DNA of 63,841 bases, the filler included, from Bacteroidales bacterium (GTDB lineage: Bacteria; Bacteroidota; Bacteroidia; Bacteroidales; CAIWKO01), in the NCBI GenBank assembly GCA_035389045.1. It is 3 parts of 3 records of this genome, joined end to end, with 100 filler letters (N's around TTAATTAATTAA, not from the genome) between each part and the next. Parts side by side here need not be neighbours in the genome. Positions count along the whole stretch, not along the records: positions 53,449 to 63,841 come from DAOORA010000099.1; 2 more parts are not named here. One strand, given 5' to 3'. Numbering within the stretch: position 1 is the first letter of the stretch; the number at the start of each line of letters is the position of its first letter. The position numbers and the translations under genes were made by a program. Shown in pieces: positions 60,180 through 63,841 of the stretch. The notes under the pieces were generated by a model. It was not told the origin of the DNA. It searched no databases and saw only the letters and a list, made by a program, of their open reading frames with translations.

Positions 60180-61247
60180 ATGAGAAGAATACCCATAACA
60201 TTTTTTTTATTACTTGCTGTATTTGTGGTTAATTCACAGGTAATTGTTGATCATACCGACATGCCTGTTCCCGGAGATACGATAAACTTCAGGCAGACCA
60301 CGATCCTGAACGGAATTAATTACCAGCAGACAGACACCGCTTTTACATGGGACTTTTCGGCGCTGTCGCCCTCTGTTAATACCACCGACACCTTTGTTAC
60401 GGTCAGTTCAACAAATCTTGCCTACATGATCGTGTTTAACAATATTTTGTATCCGGAATACAAGGCAACAGTGGCACAGGCACAGGAAATGATGACCATC
60501 CCGTTTGTGCCGGTCACTATTTCCGAGTCTTATAATTTTTATAAGAATTCTAACTCCTGTTTTTCATTGCTGGGACTGGGCGCTAAGATTAACGGGATCC
60601 CGACGCCCTTAAAATATAACAACCCTGACGTCTGGTATACGTTCCCCGTAACTTATGGCAGCAGCGACACTTCCGACTCGGAATTTCATGTCAGCATACC
60701 CAATATCGGTTACTACGGCCAGACACGACACCGTATTAATTACGTGGACGGATGGGGCACGCTGTACTTACCCTCCGACACCTTTGATGTTATCAGGGTG
60801 AAATCGAAAGTGACCTATTTTGATACTATTTATTCAGATTCGGTCGGTTATGGAATCGGAATCAACCGTAATATTACGGAATACAAATGGCTGACCGACG
60901 GATTTCATGAGCCGGTACTTCAGATCACCAAACAGGGCCCCGGCGCAACAGCAAAATTTCATTATCATGAACCGGATGATCTTTCGGTACAACCAGACGA
61001 GGTTGCAGGCCATTTTGAAATTTATCCCAACCCTGCTTCAGATCTGATATTCATTAAATCAGAAAATATTGAGAAAAATTCAATATTAACAATTACGGAC
61101 ATCTCCGGCAGGGAAATGCTAAGGGAAGAATACCGCACAGGTTCACCCATATCGGCGATCTCTGTTGAACAGCTCCAAAAAGGTATGTACTTTATCAGCT
61201 TTACTGATGCTGCATGCAGATACAGCGCAAAGTTCATAAAAGAATAG
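60180..61247 (+). CDS. T9SS type A sorting-domain secreted protein
   Basis: Signal peptide and C-terminal IYPNPASD...ITDISGR...LQKGMYF...KFIKE. -7 element TATATTTG at 60101. Confidence 0.92.
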   Translation: MRRIPITFFLLLAVFVVNSQVIVDHTDMPVPGDTINFRQTTILNGINYQQTDTAFTWDFSALSPSVNTTDTFVTVSSTNLAYMIVFNNILYPEYKATVAQAQEMMTIPFVPVTISESYNFYKNSNSCFSLLGLGAKINGIPTPLKYNNPDVWYTFPVTYGSSDTSDSEFHVSIPNIGYYGQTRHRINYVDGWGTLYLPSDTFDVIRVKSKVTYFDTIYSDSVGYGIGINRNITEYKWLTDGFHEPVLQITKQGPGATAKFHYHEPDDLSVQPDEVAGHFEIYPNPASDLIFIKSENIEKNSILTITDISGREMLREEYRTGSPISAISVEQLQKGMYFISFTDAACRYSAKFIKE

Positions 61248-61371
61248 GTTTTTTACCTTGTTGTGTAGCATGCGTAAAGATGTTACGTGCTGATTTCAAA
61301 AAAAGACAGATACAGGAATATTTTCTTTGTGATTCATGCTTTTTTCAGCAATCTTGGCAGTTTACCTGCAT

Positions 61372-62601
61372 CTATTTGATGATCTTATCCAGAACCTTTT
61401 TTGCAGCGTACTTATACAACAGTATGTTCATCATCTTCAGTTTTACATAGTCTTCGTTCATGAATCGATAGCCCGTATATTTTACTCCGAAAGCCCCTGC
61501 CCCGGAATCTTTCAGCAAAAACCAGTATTTGTTCTCATAGATACAATAACCCACTATTTCCATGCAGTGATCATCTGTGGTAGATGCGTTGCTCAGCCTC
61601 ATCTGCCGTGCAGCATCATCAATGTAGCCTGACGGGATGTCAAATGTAGGGATCGTCAGAGTCTGCAAACTATTATCAATGCCCGGCTCACTGACATCTC
61701 CGCAAATACACACCGGATAAGCATTTTTTACAGCTTCGGTAACGATCAGAAAAAAATCGTCGAGGCAGACGTTGTAATAATCTTTACTGTGCCACCAGTT
61801 GTCGGGTTCAACAAGCTCCGACTTCTGATTGAAATTCGCATTTAAAGTGGACATAAAACTATAATAATCGCCCGGAACGACCTGTAAATAATCCGTCACA
61901 AAAGTCTGAGGCGTATATTTTTTTCCTTCGTATACAAAACCCGTCGGAGGCTCCCCCATGTAAGCATTCATTATTGTTTTTATGTTTTTCACCACTTCAT
62001 CCTCATTCCAGGCGTTGTTTTTTTTGACTTCGGCCAGGTATGCCTTCATCTCCCCTATCATTTCGCTGTGGTTATACACGTTCTGTCCGGGAAGTAAGCC
62101 CGAATAATCCGTTGACGGCACCATGCCGTACATTTTCAACATCCGTACCAGGGCGTTCGACTCAGAACCTTCTTCAAAATAGGTTTCTCCTCTGGTTTTC
62201 ACATATTCTTTAGCACGTTCCAGGTAATCGTGATAAACCACAAACATCTCCGACAGGTCTGTTTTTTTCTTATGCAGGCGGTACATTTCCGATTCCAGCA
62301 TGGCCACCGATCCAAAGGCCCAGCAGGTGCCGGTGTTGCCCTGCGATACCGCCGGCGTATGCCAGCAGCGGGTATATAAAGCCGTATCGTTCGGAAATTT
62401 AATATCCTGATAATCAACTTTTAAGTATTTTCGACCTGCCGTTTGGGCTGGTTGGCTGTTGATCTCTTTAAGAATTACGTTTTCGTAATATCCGGGTTTG
62501 TATTCTTTAAATACAGCCTTATCTTTGCGGAGAGGCTCCTGTGCCTGAAGCTGAAAAACAGTCACCAGAGCTAAACACAGCATAAGCAGTTTTTTTTTCA
62601 T
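61372..62601 (-). CDS. Exported C1-family cysteine peptidase (aminopeptidase C-like)
   Basis: QGNTGTCWAF, TTDDHCM, LKDSG. Confidence 0.9.
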   Translation of the reverse strand: MKKKLLMLCLALVTVFQLQAQEPLRKDKAVFKEYKPGYYENVILKEINSQPAQTAGRKYLKVDYQDIKFPNDTALYTRCWHTPAVSQGNTGTCWAFGSVAMLESEMYRLHKKKTDLSEMFVVYHDYLERAKEYVKTRGETYFEEGSESNALVRMLKMYGMVPSTDYSGLLPGQNVYNHSEMIGEMKAYLAEVKKNNAWNEDEVVKNIKTIMNAYMGEPPTGFVYEGKKYTPQTFVTDYLQVVPGDYYSFMSTLNANFNQKSELVEPDNWWHSKDYYNVCLDDFFLIVTEAVKNAYPVCICGDVSEPGIDNSLQTLTIPTFDIPSGYIDDAARQMRLSNASTTDDHCMEIVGYCIYENKYWFLLKDSGAGAFGVKYTGYRFMNEDYVKLKMMNILLYKYAAKKVLDKIIK

Positions 62602-62639
62602 TGCAACACTTTTATCGTTAATTTTGAAATAAAAATACT

Positions 62640-63680
62640 ATGAAATTCAAAGTAGGCGATAAAGTTAAGTTTTTAAACGAAAAGGGCGGCGGTATTGTGA
62701 GTAAAATTATCAGCAATAGTATGGTCAATGTTGCCAGCGACGGCTTTGAATTACCAGTGATGGTGAATGAACTTCTGCTGGTGACCAACAGAAGCGCTGC
62801 CGAAAGGTTTTTCGATGAACAGAAAGAGGGCAGCCCACTGGTGTACCACGCAGCCTCAGAGGATAAAACACCGGCTGAACCAAAGCAAAACCGGCCCTAC
62901 AACATACCCATCGGCATCTATATCGGATTTGTCCCTCTTGACCAGCGCCTCCTGATCGCCGGCGACGTGGAACTGTTTCTGGTCAACAACACTGAATTTG
63001 ACATCATTTACGCCCTGTTCCTCAAAGACAAAGAAGGTTTCCTCGGCAACGACTATGGCAGCATTCCTCCTTATAGCAAAGCCAATATCCAATTCACTGA
63101 CCGCGAACAGTCAGAATATTATTGTAATGGTGTGTTACAAGTGCTGTATTTCAGTGATTTTGTTGATAAAATCATCAACCCGGTAAGCCATGAATACAAA
63201 TTTAAAACGGTTAAATTGCTGAAAGAAGACAACTACACCGAAAACATGGTTTTTGATAAAAGGGCTTTCCTGCATAAAATCTGCGAACCGCCTGTAATTA
63301 CAGAAAAAGACAGCCGGGAAGAAACACAACCCAAAATCCCTGAAGCCCAATTGAAAAGGGATTCCCTGATACAGAAACATAAAATTGATGACGGCACTGC
63401 CGAAGTTGACCTTCACATCGAAGCTTTATGCGAAGAATATTTAAGCCTGGGTAAACATGAAAGGCTGCAGATCCAGCTCGATTATTTTACGCGATGCCTC
63501 GAAAATGCCATTTCCGAAAACTACGAACGTGTGATATTCATCCACGGCGTGGGCGCAGGCATTTTAAAACTCGAACTGTCAAAGATACTGGAGCAATATC
63601 CTTTCCTGGAGTATTTTGATGCCTCTATAGCAAAATATGGTATTGGGGCTACGGAAGTATTGATACATAAGGAGAAGTAA
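62640..63680 (+). CDS. DUF2027 + Smr domain protein
   Basis: MKFKVGDKVKFLNEKGGG N-terminus; EVDLHIE...FIHGVGAGILK...YGIGAT Smr domain. Confidence 0.9.
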   Translation: MKFKVGDKVKFLNEKGGGIVSKIISNSMVNVASDGFELPVMVNELLLVTNRSAAERFFDEQKEGSPLVYHAASEDKTPAEPKQNRPYNIPIGIYIGFVPLDQRLLIAGDVELFLVNNTEFDIIYALFLKDKEGFLGNDYGSIPPYSKANIQFTDREQSEYYCNGVLQVLYFSDFVDKIINPVSHEYKFKTVKLLKEDNYTENMVFDKRAFLHKICEPPVITEKDSREETQPKIPEAQLKRDSLIQKHKIDDGTAEVDLHIEALCEEYLSLGKHERLQIQLDYFTRCLENAISENYERVIFIHGVGAGILKLELSKILEQYPFLEYFDASIAKYGIGATEVLIHKEK

Positions 63681-63841
63681 GGGAGTTGGGAGTCAGGAGT
63701 TGGAGTTGGGAGTCAGGAGTTGGGAGTCTGGGAGTCGGGAGTCGGGAGTCGGGAGTTGGGAGTTGGGAGTCGGGAGTCTGGGAGTCGGGAGTCGGGAGTC
63801 GGGAGTTGGGAGTCGGGAGTTGGGAGTCGGGAGTCGGGAGT
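63681..63841. repeat. Heptamer tandem repeat (GGGAGTY)n
   Basis: Starts right after the Smr gene stop and runs to the window end. Confidence 0.92.

Overview
This is Bacteroidota (Bacteroidales-like) DNA, judged from many TAnnTTTG -7 promoters, a T9SS cargo gene and a TonB-dependent receptor. It consists of three contigs joined by artificial N-TTAATTAATTAA-N linkers (26630-26729, 53349-53448), so adjacency across those points is not real evidence. Contig 1 has comEA-like and thioredoxin genes, then a ~15.5 kb accessory block ending at the 3' side of tRNA-His. That block encodes a 669-aa beta-propeller protein, an uncharacterised pair of giant signal-peptide-less proteins (1736 and 1408 aa; my best candidate for an undescribed system), an orphan type I hsdM with only a stub of hsdS, a DUF1016/YhcG nuclease and a GIY-YIG nuclease. 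The hsdM to GIY-YIG part is bracketed by the same REP-like hairpin arrays. Surface-glycan genes and a 7TM-HD phosphodiesterase follow. Contig 2 has rubredoxin/rubrerythrin genes and a ~25 kb aryl-polyene/flexirubin-like type II FAS/PKS region with two B12-dependent radical SAM enzymes, a GT1 glycosyltransferase and a duplicated BtrH-like/HTH-like/ABC module. Contig 3 has a divergent YchF, an ECF sigma operon, pnuC/NadR-like genes, a ~270-nt highly structured intergenic element, T9SS cargo, a C1 peptidase and a DUF2027-Smr gene. All family calls come from motif recognition by eye; no database searches were run.
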